Virus record (IMG/VR): IMGVR_UViG_3300006141_000001
Direction: 5' to 3' (one strand)
DNA length: 64,000 nt
Source: a virus
Shown here: piece by piece, positions 27,644 to 38,700 of the stretch
How positions within the stretch are numbered: position 1 is the first letter of the stretch
Layout of the letters: each line of letters opens with the position of its first letter
Program-made: the position numbers and the translations under genes
The notes under the pieces: generated by a model
Database searches by the model: none
The model's input: the letters and a program-made list of their open reading frames with translations, nothing else
What the model was told of the DNA's origin: nothing

Positions 27644-27964
27644 ATGTTAAAAGCAGAATTAGTAAAAGAAATCGTAAACAAGGTAAATGAGGAAAATAAC
27701 AGCACTGATACATCTAATAAAATCGAAGTAACGAAAAACACTGTAACGGTAGTTTTAGACGCATTGGGAGATGTAATTGAAGACGTTGTAAAGAATGATG
27801 ACAAGGTAACACTTCCTAAGATTGGTACTTTTTCTGTAAAAACAGTTCCAGAAAGAAAAGGGACTATTTATCTTGGAAGTAAGAAAGGAGAAACCTATAC
27901 TGTCCCAGAACATAAGCAGCCAAAATTTACAATGAATTCAAAATTCAAGAAAATTTTAGTTTAA
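27644..27964 (+). CDS. HU-family DNA-binding protein (phage HU/YonN-like)
   Basis: MLKAELVKEI...KVTLPKIGTFSVK...ERKG...PKF. Confidence 0.9.
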   Translation: MLKAELVKEIVNKVNEENNSTDTSNKIEVTKNTVTVVLDALGDVIEDVVKNDDKVTLPKIGTFSVKTVPERKGTIYLGSKKGETYTVPEHKQPKFTMNSKFKKILV

Positions 27965-27984
27965 AATGATTGGTGGTGGCATTA

Positions 27985-28572
27985 ATGAAAAGACTTGAAT
28001 TCTGTGTCTATGAGAATTTTGCGGCACATATTATAGATTCGCTTTTTGGTTTAGACGATGAGTATAGTGATATTTCTATTATCGCTAAATATAACGAGGC
28101 TAAAAGTATTGTCAAAGAATTAATTGCGTTTGCAGATTTTTCTATTGAATCAATTGAACTTGAGAAAGCGGAATACAATAATTATTTTGATGAATATATT
28201 GTGTCATTAACAAAGGATGGTGGGTTGTGGTGTGAGCCATTTAAACGTGACACTGGTTATTTGTTTAATGAGTCGGTTATAGCTTATGTTATGGATAACT
28301 GCTCTTCTAAAGTATTGCAGACATGTGACTGTAAGACAATTTACGAAGTTTCTGTTGGCGAAGAGGATGATGATGTTCATTCATATGACAAGATATTTTG
28401 TGATGAGGAACCTTGTAATGAAAAGACTTGTGATGAGGATGATATGCACGGATTCAGTGTAAGCGGTTCTAATGATAACGGTAATTATTCTTACAGTTTC
28501 TATACTACTGAGGATATTGATATGGAAGATATTAAAAAGTTGCTTAGTAAATTTTCACTTGCAATTAAGTAA
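27985..28572 (+). CDS. Acidic hypothetical protein
   Basis: Long co-oriented ORF in operon. Confidence 0.7.
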   Translation: MKRLEFCVYENFAAHIIDSLFGLDDEYSDISIIAKYNEAKSIVKELIAFADFSIESIELEKAEYNNYFDEYIVSLTKDGGLWCEPFKRDTGYLFNESVIAYVMDNCSSKVLQTCDCKTIYEVSVGEEDDDVHSYDKIFCDEEPCNEKTCDEDDMHGFSVSGSNDNGNYSYSFYTTEDIDMEDIKKLLSKFSLAIK

Positions 28573-28924
28573 ATGATTGTTTTTGGCAAGTGAAATTATT
28601 TTATGTCAAATAGAACGGAATATTATGATAGGGGGAGATTTGTATGTCCACTTCTCTCCTATCAAAAACAGAATTTGGTTTTGTATTGCTAAGTCCATTG
28701 TGAAAAGAAATGTGTAGGGTATGCTCCTACAGTCACAATGCAATAGGGAGACTTGCAGGATAATTATTTGTCTTTTCCCTTTAGTAAATATAAAAATAGG
28801 CCATCTTGCTTAGAGGGTAAAGAGAATTATAGGGCAACACCTATCTCTGCCTATAATTATGGTAAATTATGATTATTGCCAATGATGATATTGGTTAATT
28901 AATGGATGGAAAGGAAGTGAGATT

Positions 28925-29965
28925 ATGAATGGTAAAACTGCAAAAAGAAGCGATGAAGTGACAGATGAAATCTGGAATCAAGTAAATAAAATAAACCGTG
29001 ATATGGTGCAAGATTATCTTGATAATCAAGCGGATCTTTCACCACAAACACGTCCAGCATATGAAAGCGGACTGAAAATATTTTTTGTATGGGTAAAGGA
29101 TAACCTAAATAATAAAAACTTTGCAAACATTAAGAAAAAAGAATTTCAAAAATATCTAAATTGGCTAACAAACAGAGGGCTATCTGATTCTGCAATAAAA
29201 TTCAAAAAATCATGTGTCAGCACATTCTGTAATTACGTCATGATGATGTATGAAGAAGAAATGCCTACTTTTCGTAACTTTACACAAGGATTAAAAGTAG
29301 TTAAGACAGGATATGTACATGAAAAAATCCCATTAACGCCAGATGAATATATTATGCTATGCGAAGAACTGGAAAAACGTGAAGAATGGCAAAAACTTGC
29401 ATATTTAGTATTCTCTTATAGTACAGGGTGTAGGCGCGGAGAAGCACGGCAGCTATTAAAAGAGGTTATTAATTATGCCCCAAAGGAAAAAGAGATTACT
29501 GTTATAAATGAAGACGGAACGGAAAAGAAAGCCATATCCAAGTCATACTTAACACATACAATACGATGTAAAGGGGCTTCGGTTGTTGGGAAGCCACGTA
29601 AATTGAAATTCGGAGAAGACGCTATGACATGGCTAAAAAAATGGATTGAAGAGCGAGGAGAAGATGACTGCCCATATATGTTTATAGTCAAACAGATAGA
29701 TAAAAATACTGGAAAATACAATATCCATCAAGTAGGAAAGGATACCTTTAACGGATGGTGCAACAAATTATTTACAGAAATTGTTGGCAGACGTGTTCAT
29801 CCACACCTCTTCAGAGAATCAAGAGCCACGAACATCGTCTTGTACGAGCATAAATCTGCTGAAGTAGCGCAAAAACTGTTAGGGCATAATGATGTAAGTA
29901 CAACCAAAAATCATTATATTATAAAAAGTTTGGAGGATGATGAGTCTGATGAAGCTTTTGTTTAA
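28925..29965 (+). CDS. Tyrosine recombinase (XerC/D-like)
   Basis: TGCRRGE, CKG, HPHLFRES, LLGHNDVSTTKNHY. Confidence 0.92.
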   Translation: MNGKTAKRSDEVTDEIWNQVNKINRDMVQDYLDNQADLSPQTRPAYESGLKIFFVWVKDNLNNKNFANIKKKEFQKYLNWLTNRGLSDSAIKFKKSCVSTFCNYVMMMYEEEMPTFRNFTQGLKVVKTGYVHEKIPLTPDEYIMLCEELEKREEWQKLAYLVFSYSTGCRRGEARQLLKEVINYAPKEKEITVINEDGTEKKAISKSYLTHTIRCKGASVVGKPRKLKFGEDAMTWLKKWIEERGEDDCPYMFIVKQIDKNTGKYNIHQVGKDTFNGWCNKLFTEIVGRRVHPHLFRESRATNIVLYEHKSAEVAQKLLGHNDVSTTKNHYIIKSLEDDESDEAFV

Positions 29966-30153
29966 TTCCAATTCTCAACCTGGTTTTTACATGCAAACAA
30001 AATAAATTTTACTTAATCCTTGATGTAAATTACATTTATTATTATATTGACAACTAAAAATTTTTACATTCTTATAAATTTACTGGATTTTTGGAAAATT
30101 ATGTTATATAATATAATTGTTTTATATAATATTTTACAAGGCGGAAAAAAGAA

Positions 30154-31074
30154 ATGGAAAAATTTTTTAATAAAATACCATTATGGGTGATAAATGCGCT
30201 ATCTATAATTTCAGCAATATTGACGATTTTAACTACAATTTTTACATTATTCTTTACATTCAAAGGATGGGAAAAGAATCATAAATTTATCTTTTTAACT
30301 TTAGGTTGCTTTGTTGTTTTAACATTAGTACGAATGAGAAAATACAAGAAAATTTCTTTTGATAGGCATGAAAAAACTTCTTTTTTATATCATAAATTAA
30401 CACATGATTCAAGAGATTTATATTTTGACATAATGCGATCTCATAAGGAAAAACGCGAAGATATCAGAAACCTTACGGAAATTTATCAAAATAGGCTTTC
30501 TAGTATTTTGACATATTTGTGCGATATTATGGAAATATACTGTGGACAAAAAATGTCAGCTTGTATAAAACTAATCACTCATCCAGACGAGAAGTTCGAC
30601 AATATTACTTTGACTACATTTTGTCGCTCAAATATGTCAGATACTAACAGGGGTTCATATGAAAGGGCATCAAACAAACAAATTAAATTAAGCGATAATA
30701 CAGATTTTTTATATATACTTAATCCAAATAATGATTCTAACTTGAATTATTTTTATCAAGGGAATTTAAAAGAATATTCAAATGAACTAAAAAAACAAGG
30801 AAAACAGTATATGAACACAAATGCAAATTGGGAAAATGATTACATAGGCACAATAGTTGTTCCTATTCAGATAGAGCATAAAAGACTATACGATTCAGCT
30901 AAAGAAGACTCTTTTTATGTAATTGGATTTTTGTGCATTGATTCTAAATCGTCCTCTGCTTTTTTAAAAAGACAAGAAAAATTTAATGTCGATATGGTTA
31001 AGTCATTTGCAGACATATTTTATATGCTTCTTTCTCAATATCATCATTATTTGAAAAAATTATCAAAAAAATAG
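30154..31074 (+). CDS. Moron: 2-TM protein with GAF-like C-terminal domain
   Basis: Two N-terminal hydrophobic helices; IGTIVVPI...VIGFLCIDS; very low GC. Confidence 0.7.
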   Translation: MEKFFNKIPLWVINALSIISAILTILTTIFTLFFTFKGWEKNHKFIFLTLGCFVVLTLVRMRKYKKISFDRHEKTSFLYHKLTHDSRDLYFDIMRSHKEKREDIRNLTEIYQNRLSSILTYLCDIMEIYCGQKMSACIKLITHPDEKFDNITLTTFCRSNMSDTNRGSYERASNKQIKLSDNTDFLYILNPNNDSNLNYFYQGNLKEYSNELKKQGKQYMNTNANWENDYIGTIVVPIQIEHKRLYDSAKEDSFYVIGFLCIDSKSSSAFLKRQEKFNVDMVKSFADIFYMLLSQYHHYLKKLSKK

Positions 31075-31136
31075 TAGTTGATTTTATTATTTGTTTAGTG
31101 TATAATTATATGAAACACATGGGAGGTAAATATTAT

Positions 31137-31316
31137 ATGCAAAAATTACTTGATTATATCTATGTTGCCATTTTTGGGAAATATACTTTAAATGGTTTTG
31201 TTGAAAACGAAACAAGAAAAGAAAAATATGAATATGTTTTAGACTCTGTTTTTCCAGATGAGGAAACACTACAAGCAGCTTTATCTCCTTCTATTTCAAG
31301 TGTTGCAAAAATATAA
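31137..31316 (+). CDS. Small hypothetical protein in moron
   Basis: GGGAGG SD, 59 aa. Confidence 0.55.
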   Translation: MQKLLDYIYVAIFGKYTLNGFVENETRKEKYEYVLDSVFPDEETLQAALSPSISSVAKI

Positions 31317-31368
31317 TACTATTAAATAAAAAGAAGCCTCCGGGCTTCTTTTTATTTAATAGTATTAT
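31313..31368. terminator. 26-bp perfect hairpin, bidirectional terminator
   Basis: ATAATACTATTAAATAAAAAGAAGCC-TCCG-GGCTTCTTTTTATTTAATAGTATTAT. Confidence 0.85.
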
Positions 31369-31390
31369 TACAATATACAATTTCATTATT

Positions 31391-31466
31391 GACAGATAGA
31401 TTAATGGTGAAATCACATGTCTTTCAAACAGACATACAGGAGTTCGGTTTCGTTCCCTCTATGCTA
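31391..31466 (+). pseudogene. Degenerate tRNA-like remnant
   Basis: D-arm-like TAGATTAATGGTGAAATCA, arm TGT-CTTTCAA-ACA, GTTCG; acceptor and T stems broken. Confidence 0.35.
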
Positions 31467-31514
31467 ACTAAATAAATTAATGATAACAAAAATGAAAGTA
31501 GGTGGTGATGTTTT

Positions 31515-31799
31515 ATGGTAAAAGATTTAGATATCGTTGACAGGCAGATGAAGATTGGTCAGACAAAAGTCATAAGCAGGGATGGCGGGCGGATTGTTGA
31601 TTATGTGGAATTATTGTTTTCCCCTACTACAAAGATTCAGTTCGCGCCTTCTGATGACAGGACGCTTACAAAATTCAGTGTTAAGGATGTAGATTTATCA
31701 ATCCCGCAGCTTGAATGCAATGTGTCAAAGGAAACAATAAGGGACTTAATTTTAGGGTTAAAATCTGTCTATAAACAGATGGAAGACAGTAAAGAATAA
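31515..31799 (+). CDS. Hypothetical protein
   Basis: 94 aa, AGGTGGTG SD. Confidence 0.7.
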   Translation: MVKDLDIVDRQMKIGQTKVISRDGGRIVDYVELLFSPTTKIQFAPSDDRTLTKFSVKDVDLSIPQLECNVSKETIRDLILGLKSVYKQMEDSKE

Positions 31800-31819
31800 A
31801 AGAAAAGGGGGTGCTTATT

Positions 31820-32290
31820 ATGAATTTTATTGAAAGGATTAATATCGAAAATGGGATTGTGAAATACAATCTGAAGGCAAAATATAATGAAGAACTGACT
31901 GATGATGAAGCCATGGAAATTGAAACACTTCATGATTATATTAGGAAAATCAAATTTTCTGACATTGATTTTACTGCAAATATTAAGATGGTTTCTGATA
32001 CCCCAACGGTAACAGATGACAGCACAAGCGATACAGTCATTGAAGTTTCTCTGGGAAAGATTGCGCCAAAAGAATATATCCTGGATGAAAACCTTGACAT
32101 TGCTTTTTCTGTTGATTCAAACCGCATCGCAGAATCTGAGCTGAACAGTGTCTTGACGACAAAACCACTGGTAAGCCAGGCAAAAGTGGCCGTGTTTAAG
32201 GCGAAAATTATGGAAGCAATTTCAGAGATTTTAGAACAGGCACGGAATGAAGATAATCTGTTTGAACAGGAGACAGAGACAATATTATAA
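31820..32290 (+). CDS. Hypothetical protein
   Basis: Acidic ORF, GGGGGTG SD. Confidence 0.7.
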   Translation: MNFIERINIENGIVKYNLKAKYNEELTDDEAMEIETLHDYIRKIKFSDIDFTANIKMVSDTPTVTDDSTSDTVIEVSLGKIAPKEYILDENLDIAFSVDSNRIAESELNSVLTTKPLVSQAKVAVFKAKIMEAISEILEQARNEDNLFEQETETIL

Positions 32291-32302
32291 GGGGGTGTAA
32301 AA

Positions 32303-32611
32303 ATGTATTCTATTTTGATAAAAGATAAGGGGAATCTATATCGGTTTCTTACTGTGAAGCAGGATGTCATGAAGGAAGAAAGCAAAGAAATCACTGACCC
32401 TGATACCAAAGAAGTGAGGACTGAGACTGTATTAGTGCCAACAGGGGAGACAGAAACTGTAAGGTTTGAAGCCGAAACCAGGGATAAATTAGAAGAAAAG
32501 TGTATAGAAATTTTAGGAACATATAATAAAAATCAATTCATCCCTGTAAATACAGAACCATTCGATATGGATTTAATCTGGCATTCTGAAAATCAAGGAG
32601 AAAACAGCTAA
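32303..32611 (+). CDS. Hypothetical protein
   Basis: 102 aa, GGGGGTG SD. Confidence 0.7.
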   Translation: MYSILIKDKGNLYRFLTVKQDVMKEESKEITDPDTKEVRTETVLVPTGETETVRFEAETRDKLEEKCIEILGTYNKNQFIPVNTEPFDMDLIWHSENQGENS

Positions 32612-33098
32612 ATTATTGCATTTCTTATGTTTATTCTATTTCGTTTCATCTCATATTATGGAGGGCAGTGCTGCTATACTGCTCTCCCACTTCTATTTTG
32701 ACGTAACTATATCAGTATCTCATGAGGAAAAGAAAAAATAAAACCAGAATTTCATTTATCATGTTTTCTTATCTTCTTTCTATCTTATTATCTTATATGG
32801 GGTGGTTATTCACTCTATCTGAAATACTCTCATTTATACATCCTTTCTGAAATGGGTGGCTATTTGATAGCCGCTCCATATAAGGTAATAAACATTCACA
32901 CAAAGTAATCAAAACAACTATGGAAAGCAGAGATATTTTTATCTCTTTTTTTATGTTATTTTTTGACAGAGAAAATTTGGGAAAGTGAGAATAGTCCCTA
33001 TATCGTATGACAGCGAATGAGCCATATGGTGAGATGAATATGCGACAGGGAGGAAAGAAGCAAAGGTGAGACGCTTTGCAGAATAATTCGAGGTGTAT

Positions 33099-33872
33099 AT
33101 GGTTCAAAAATTTAGCAGGAAAGAATTAGAACGGTTAAATTGTTCAGAGGAAGAAATCAGTTTGGTGATGAAATATCAAAAATTATTACCCATGCCTACT
33201 GAAGATTTTGAAATGAACGCAAGGACTTTGCATGAATATTTAGGTATCGGTAAAAGGATTACTACTTAGATTAAAGGCAGAATTGATAAATATGGGTTTG
33301 TAGAAAATAAGGATTATAAAATTGAATATGTTTCAAGCACTCCCAATTCCGGGAACGCTGATTTTTCAATGCTTTCACAAGCCGAAGGAAGCTCTTTGGG
33401 AATAAAAACCGAGTATTTTTTAACAGTGAACATGTGTAAAGAGTTATGTACAATTGATAATAATGATTTGGGTAAGTTGGCAAGACGATATTTTATCCTC
33501 ATGGAAGATGTTCTAACCCGTAATAAAGAATGGCTTGCAATTCGTGATCCCGAAAAGGAAGAATACAAGAAAATGACCGCAGAAATTGATGCTTGGTGTT
33601 TCCGTGTCTGGCATCATCATGCAAGTCGCTCCGAATATGCTGTGGAGGCAAATATGCTGAATAATATTGTAACTGGAAAGACTTCACAGGAATTAAAATC
33701 TGAATACGGCGTATCTTCGTATGACTTAATCCGTGACTATCTGAAAAAAGAACATAATGAAGAACTGTTATTTTTAGAGCAACAGAATCAGGTGCTATTA
33801 CTTATGGATATGGGATTTAGGGAACGCGAAAAAATATTAACTAAAATGCATGAGGTAAAATTCAAACATTAA
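33099..33872 (+). pseudogene. AntA/AntB antirepressor interrupted by in-frame TAG
   Basis: GAGGTG SD, ATG 33099; NARTLHEYLGIGKRITT*IKGRIDKYGFVENKDY, TAG (33267-33269) where the family has Trp; in frame with ORF 33369-33872. Confidence 0.8.
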
Positions 33873-33875
33873 CGT

Positions 33876-33907
33876 AACCAACTTCTTTCTTTAGAGGTTG
33901 GTTTTTT
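33876..33907 (+). terminator. Rho-independent terminator
   Basis: AACCAACTTCT...AGAGGTTGGTT-TTTT. Confidence 0.65.
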
Positions 33908-33950
33908 ACTATAAAATCAGCCTAAAAACAAAAAGAAAGAGAGGATTCAT

Positions 33951-34175
33951 ATGTTTACAACAACTGGAATTGGAGGAAGAACTACAGCTAATGTACGTGA
34001 TTTTATGCTGGATACTCCAGACGATATTAATTTGTTACCAACGCAGACAGCACTCGGGAAAAGCACAAAATATACTGTGGATAATCAGGTCTGTGGTACT
34101 GGCAGCTCCGCATTTATCATCTCTACTAGCCAACTATTTATGTTAAATTCTGAAGGAATTTGGTGCGAGGTGTAG
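33951..34175 (+). CDS. Small phage protein, first gene of the fibre cluster
   Basis: 74 aa, DTPDDINLLPT...GSSAFII...FMLNSEGIW. Confidence 0.75.
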   Translation: MFTTTGIGGRTTANVRDFMLDTPDDINLLPTQTALGKSTKYTVDNQVCGTGSSAFIISTSQLFMLNSEGIWCEV

Positions 34176-34190
34176 GGAGGTGAATGATAA

Positions 34191-34910
34191 ATGACAGCGT
34201 TACAGGTCTATGCAATTTTAAACAAACGTGTAAGGGGCCTTATCAGCGGCGTGAAATCTGCCGTTGTCAGCGGGACTACAATCACATTCACCATGAATGA
34301 CGGGACAAAAGTGCCAATGACGTTCCCTACGCCAAAGGACGGGAAAGACGGCGTATCCGTCATCAATATAGAAATAAAGATGGCTACAGACAGTGATAAA
34401 AAGCATCTTATTTTCACGATGTCTGATGGAAGCACAATAGACAGCGGGGAATTAGACATGTCTGGCGGCGGGCTTGTACAGAAGGACAAAAAAAGCGATT
34501 TCCCAACGGTTGGGGGAAACGAAATACTTTATCTGGCCAAAAACAATGGGGAACTGTTTTATTGGGATGGCTCAAAATATGAGGGCATAATCTCTAATTC
34601 ACCCTCACCCGCATCGGAATTAAAAACGTTGTCGCTGGATTTTGATGGCTCTAGGAACACGTTTAACTTGCCAATAGACGGTATACCGTATAATGTATTC
34701 GTAAATGGCATGTACTACACGGAAGGTTCTGATTATGCGATTGATAGGGCAGTATCCCCAAATAGGCTAATATTTAATGACATATATGACGTATATGACA
34801 CATGTACATTAACATATTTTAAATCTATCGGCTCTGTATCCAGTCCATCTGGGGGAAATGTGAATTTAGATTTTGCAACAGAGGAAGATATTGATAAGAT
34901 GTTTACTTAA
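34191..34910 (+). CDS. Virion fibre-associated protein
   Basis: KDGKDGVSV, DFPTVGGNEILYLA..YWDG, FATEEDIDKMF motifs typical of phage fibres. Confidence 0.65.
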   Translation: MTALQVYAILNKRVRGLISGVKSAVVSGTTITFTMNDGTKVPMTFPTPKDGKDGVSVINIEIKMATDSDKKHLIFTMSDGSTIDSGELDMSGGGLVQKDKKSDFPTVGGNEILYLAKNNGELFYWDGSKYEGIISNSPSPASELKTLSLDFDGSRNTFNLPIDGIPYNVFVNGMYYTEGSDYAIDRAVSPNRLIFNDIYDVYDTCTLTYFKSIGSVSSPSGGNVNLDFATEEDIDKMFT

Positions 34911-34921
34911 AGGGGGAATGT

Positions 34922-35737
34922 ATGGCTACAAAAATTAGTTTAAAGCAATTAGGTAGTGATGTATTGGCTTTGATGAGTGGTGGCAAAAACACATCACTTG
35001 AAAAAGAAATAATCTCTAATACAGGATGCGGTGCAGCGCCTAGCGGATCAATCTTCCCCCAAGGGCAGACATTCACACAATTTGCGGAAAAAATATTAAG
35101 GAAAGATATTACACCAACTATCTCGACTGCGTTTAGTGGAACTGGCATAAAAGAAATAGGGACATCTGTTAATGGCGTAACAATGGTCTTGAAAATAACA
35201 AATTTAAACGCTGTTACAGTCCCGATAGATGAGGTTAGGTTTTATGTAAATAATGCATTAGTGGATTCGCAGGTATTTGTGGATGGAAAATCTGACTACA
35301 AATATGCGTACGGTGATCCAATTTCTGTAAATACGTCTGTAAAGGCAGAATTATTGTACCAAACTAACCAAAAGATATCTGGATCAGGGAATTTTTCCTT
35401 TGTATATGCTTCGTATTACGGTACTACTGCCCTATCTGGAATATCTGATGTAGATGCCACGTCATTGGCCACATCTTTTTCTAAGAGCATTAAGTCTACA
35501 AAATCATTGGCATGGGAAAATATTACACTTGCAGATGAGAGGTTCTGCTATATGTACCCTACATCATTTGGCACATTATCAAGCATAAAAGACGGGAACG
35601 GATTTAGCCAGATAGATGGGTATATCGTATCAACTGTCAATCTGACAAGCCCTGTCAATGGAAATATTGTCCCATATTTTGTATATTTACTGAAAGATTC
35701 AGCAACAGGCACTGGATTTAAGCAGATATATAGTTAG
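34922..35737 (+). CDS. Putative structural (beta-rich) protein
   Basis: 271 aa Ser/Thr/Gly-rich; YMYPTSFGTLSSIKDGNGF. Confidence 0.6.
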   Translation: MATKISLKQLGSDVLALMSGGKNTSLEKEIISNTGCGAAPSGSIFPQGQTFTQFAEKILRKDITPTISTAFSGTGIKEIGTSVNGVTMVLKITNLNAVTVPIDEVRFYVNNALVDSQVFVDGKSDYKYAYGDPISVNTSVKAELLYQTNQKISGSGNFSFVYASYYGTTALSGISDVDATSLATSFSKSIKSTKSLAWENITLADERFCYMYPTSFGTLSSIKDGNGFSQIDGYIVSTVNLTSPVNGNIVPYFVYLLKDSATGTGFKQIYS

Positions 35738-35751
35738 GAGGGAGTTTAAAA

Positions 35752-38700
35752 ATGGGAATATTATTAGCTGATAATTTTACTTACAAAGCAAAAAAACCAA
35801 TAGACTCCCGTATAGTCTGCGATACAGTTGCTGATATGGTAAGCTTAGCTGAATCAACAATATACGAAGGGATATTGGTATATAATAAAGAAACTGAGAA
35901 ATTTTATGTATTCAAATCAAATAATGTTGCTGCTCCTGTTCTTGGGAAATGGGAAGAATTTAATTCCAGCTCTTCTCCCACTTATGATACGCATAGTGTT
36001 GAATATAAGCATGGGACTCAATATAAAAAAGGAAATTTAGTTGTTTTAGACGGAAGGTTATATATCGCACTGGCTGATTTCATATCCGATGTATCTGGAA
36101 GTACGTTAGAAGACAGCTTGGCAGGCGATATTGGGAATGGCAACTTAACAAGCGTTTATGTGGATACAGATACGAATTGCAAAGAATATAAGCAGAATTA
36201 TGCGTATACAGAAACAGATTTAGTCCGGTATGACAATAACCTATATTTTGTTAACGCAGGTTTTATTTCTGACGCAACTGAGGCAAATTCCGATGACGCA
36301 TTTAATGCGGACATCCAAGCAGGACATTTAATTCCCGTAGATGGGGATGGCGGGAATGCACAGGTGCTGGAATATGCACAGAATACAGGGTTTAAGAAAA
36401 ACAGCCTGGTATACCTAGGAAAATCAATGGCAAGGGCAGAGAATGATTTTACTTCTGATAATACAAAACCTACTATTCAGGAGTCCTTTGACTTAGATTT
36501 AAATTCTGGGAATTTATCGTTCATCAGCACTGGGGAAACCGCCGTAGTAGCATATTCGTCAGAAACGGATTATAAAGAGAATACTTTGGTATACTTAAAT
36601 GACAAAATTGCGCGTGTCGAGCATGATTTTAAGTCAAGCGACATTTCTAATCTGGTTATGGAATGTTTTGAGGATGACATAAAAAATAACCGTATCAACT
36701 TAATTAACACAGACCATGTTGATATCATGAATGAATATTCTTATGGGAATATGTACTTTAAAGACACCCTTGTATACCATGGTAATTTAATTGCCAGGGT
36801 TCTAAAAGATTTTATTTCAGATGTCACAGTTGGGAATACATTAAATGACAGTTTTGACTCTGATATAACTTCTGGGAACATTTTAATACTGAATAAAGAG
36901 GCAGAACCAGGTATCAAGCCATATAAGCAGAATACATTTTTTGTGAAAGATAAGTTGGTATTCGCAGATGGACGGATTGCCTGTGTTTTAAATGATTATA
37001 TTTCTGATAATACTGCAACTACCATTGAGGAATCTATTAATATTGACATTGCAAATGGCAATTTGAGGGAAATGAGGGAGAATTATAAATTTAAGCTTTA
37101 TAAGACTTCCAAGGATATGGACAAAGCGATTGATGCCATAAATATTATCCCTATAAATACGATAACATTTGAAAATGGCGAAAACGCCCAGAATATGCGG
37201 ATCAATGAAGGGGTATATGGCCCTCTTGGGACGCTTGCGTTGATAAAGGAAATCGACGCAAACTTAGGGATAATTAAGGCAAAGACTGTAAACAGCAGGG
37301 AAATGGAATTTATGCCGCCAGCTCCAAATACCTATGAATATGCTGTAATTTTGCAGGGTACTGGGTATTCCGTTGGTGAAACTGTGCCAACATCCCTGCC
37401 TAATGTAAATGCTAAGGTTGTATCTGTAGACACTAGTGGCGGAATAACCGGGGTGTCATATACAGGGGATACCATTACAAATGCAAATGGCACAGGTGCT
37501 TCTGTTGATGCAGAAATAATTTTTCATGTAGGCAATGGAAAGCAATGGTATGAACTGCCACAGAATAAGAAAAACGCCGTCATTAAAGAATATGTGCAGG
37601 GTGAATCTTATGAAAAAGACAATCTGATATATTTGGATGACATATTAGCAAGGGCACTGCAGGACTTTATTTCTGACAGTTCATTGCCAAATACGGAAGA
37701 CAGTTTTAATTTTGATAAAGATAGTGGGAACATTACAAGGATGACACGCGAGGATGTCAACGTGCCTGAATGCTTGGGTTCTGTTAAGACTGATTCTGTT
37801 GCAGATTTGCCACCTATTGCTATTAAAGGAAATTGGGTTCTCATAGAAGATTGTGTAAGTTCAGCACCTGGGCAAGCTGGGATCGGGTTATATAATGGAA
37901 CAACATGGGATATTAGTCCCATCCCCCAAGGTACTTTTACATTCCCAGAGCCTAATAGTGACGGGAAGCTTTATTTTAGGAAAGTTGATATTGGGAATAC
38001 GAATGGGCAATGGGAAATGTTTTCTTCTGTTGATGGGAACGAAATTGATATTATAGTCAAAACTAAAAACGATTTGACCGACAACACTTATGTCCCAAAG
38101 AAGAATGAACTCATCTGGGATTCTAACCGTGAAATATTGGTGATTGGTGACGGTTCTACATCATTAGGAGGACTTAAGGAATTTTACGGGCAGGGCGTAA
38201 CTTCTGCTGATATACTTGCGGCAATTGGGTACGCACCAGAGGATTCTGCCAGTAAAGGGCAGGCAAATGGGTATGCGCCACTTGACGCAAATGGTAAAGT
38301 CCCAGCAGGAAACCTGCCAGACTCTTTGACTGATACATATTCAAAAACAGAGATAGACAGTAAAGACACTGCCATCACAACAGCTGTTGCAGGATTAGTT
38401 AATACTGAGGCTACAAGAGCTAAGGGGATTGAAAGCACCCTGAGATCTGACCTGGACGCACATGTTTCAGATACTGTAAAGCATGTCACGCAACCTGACC
38501 GGGACAGATGGGATGCAAAAGTGGAGGATAGCGATTTAACACTATATGATAACCATATAACAGATACTGTAATACATGTAACCCAATCTGATAAGGATAA
38601 ATGGGATGGCATGAACAAGGCATATTACGTCACAAGTATTTCTGACCTCCCTTCAACAGGAAACCAAATTGGCAATATAGGATACGTCCAAGTCAGTGCG

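Noticed and set aside
28925-29965. Recombinase as the prophage integrase marking a boundary
   Set aside because: Phage genes continue on both sides and no att-like host junction is visible
33267-33269. Stop-codon reassignment (alternative genetic code)
   Set aside because: Many genes end normally in TAG, TAA or TGA, long genes have no internal stops and no intact suppressor tRNA is present
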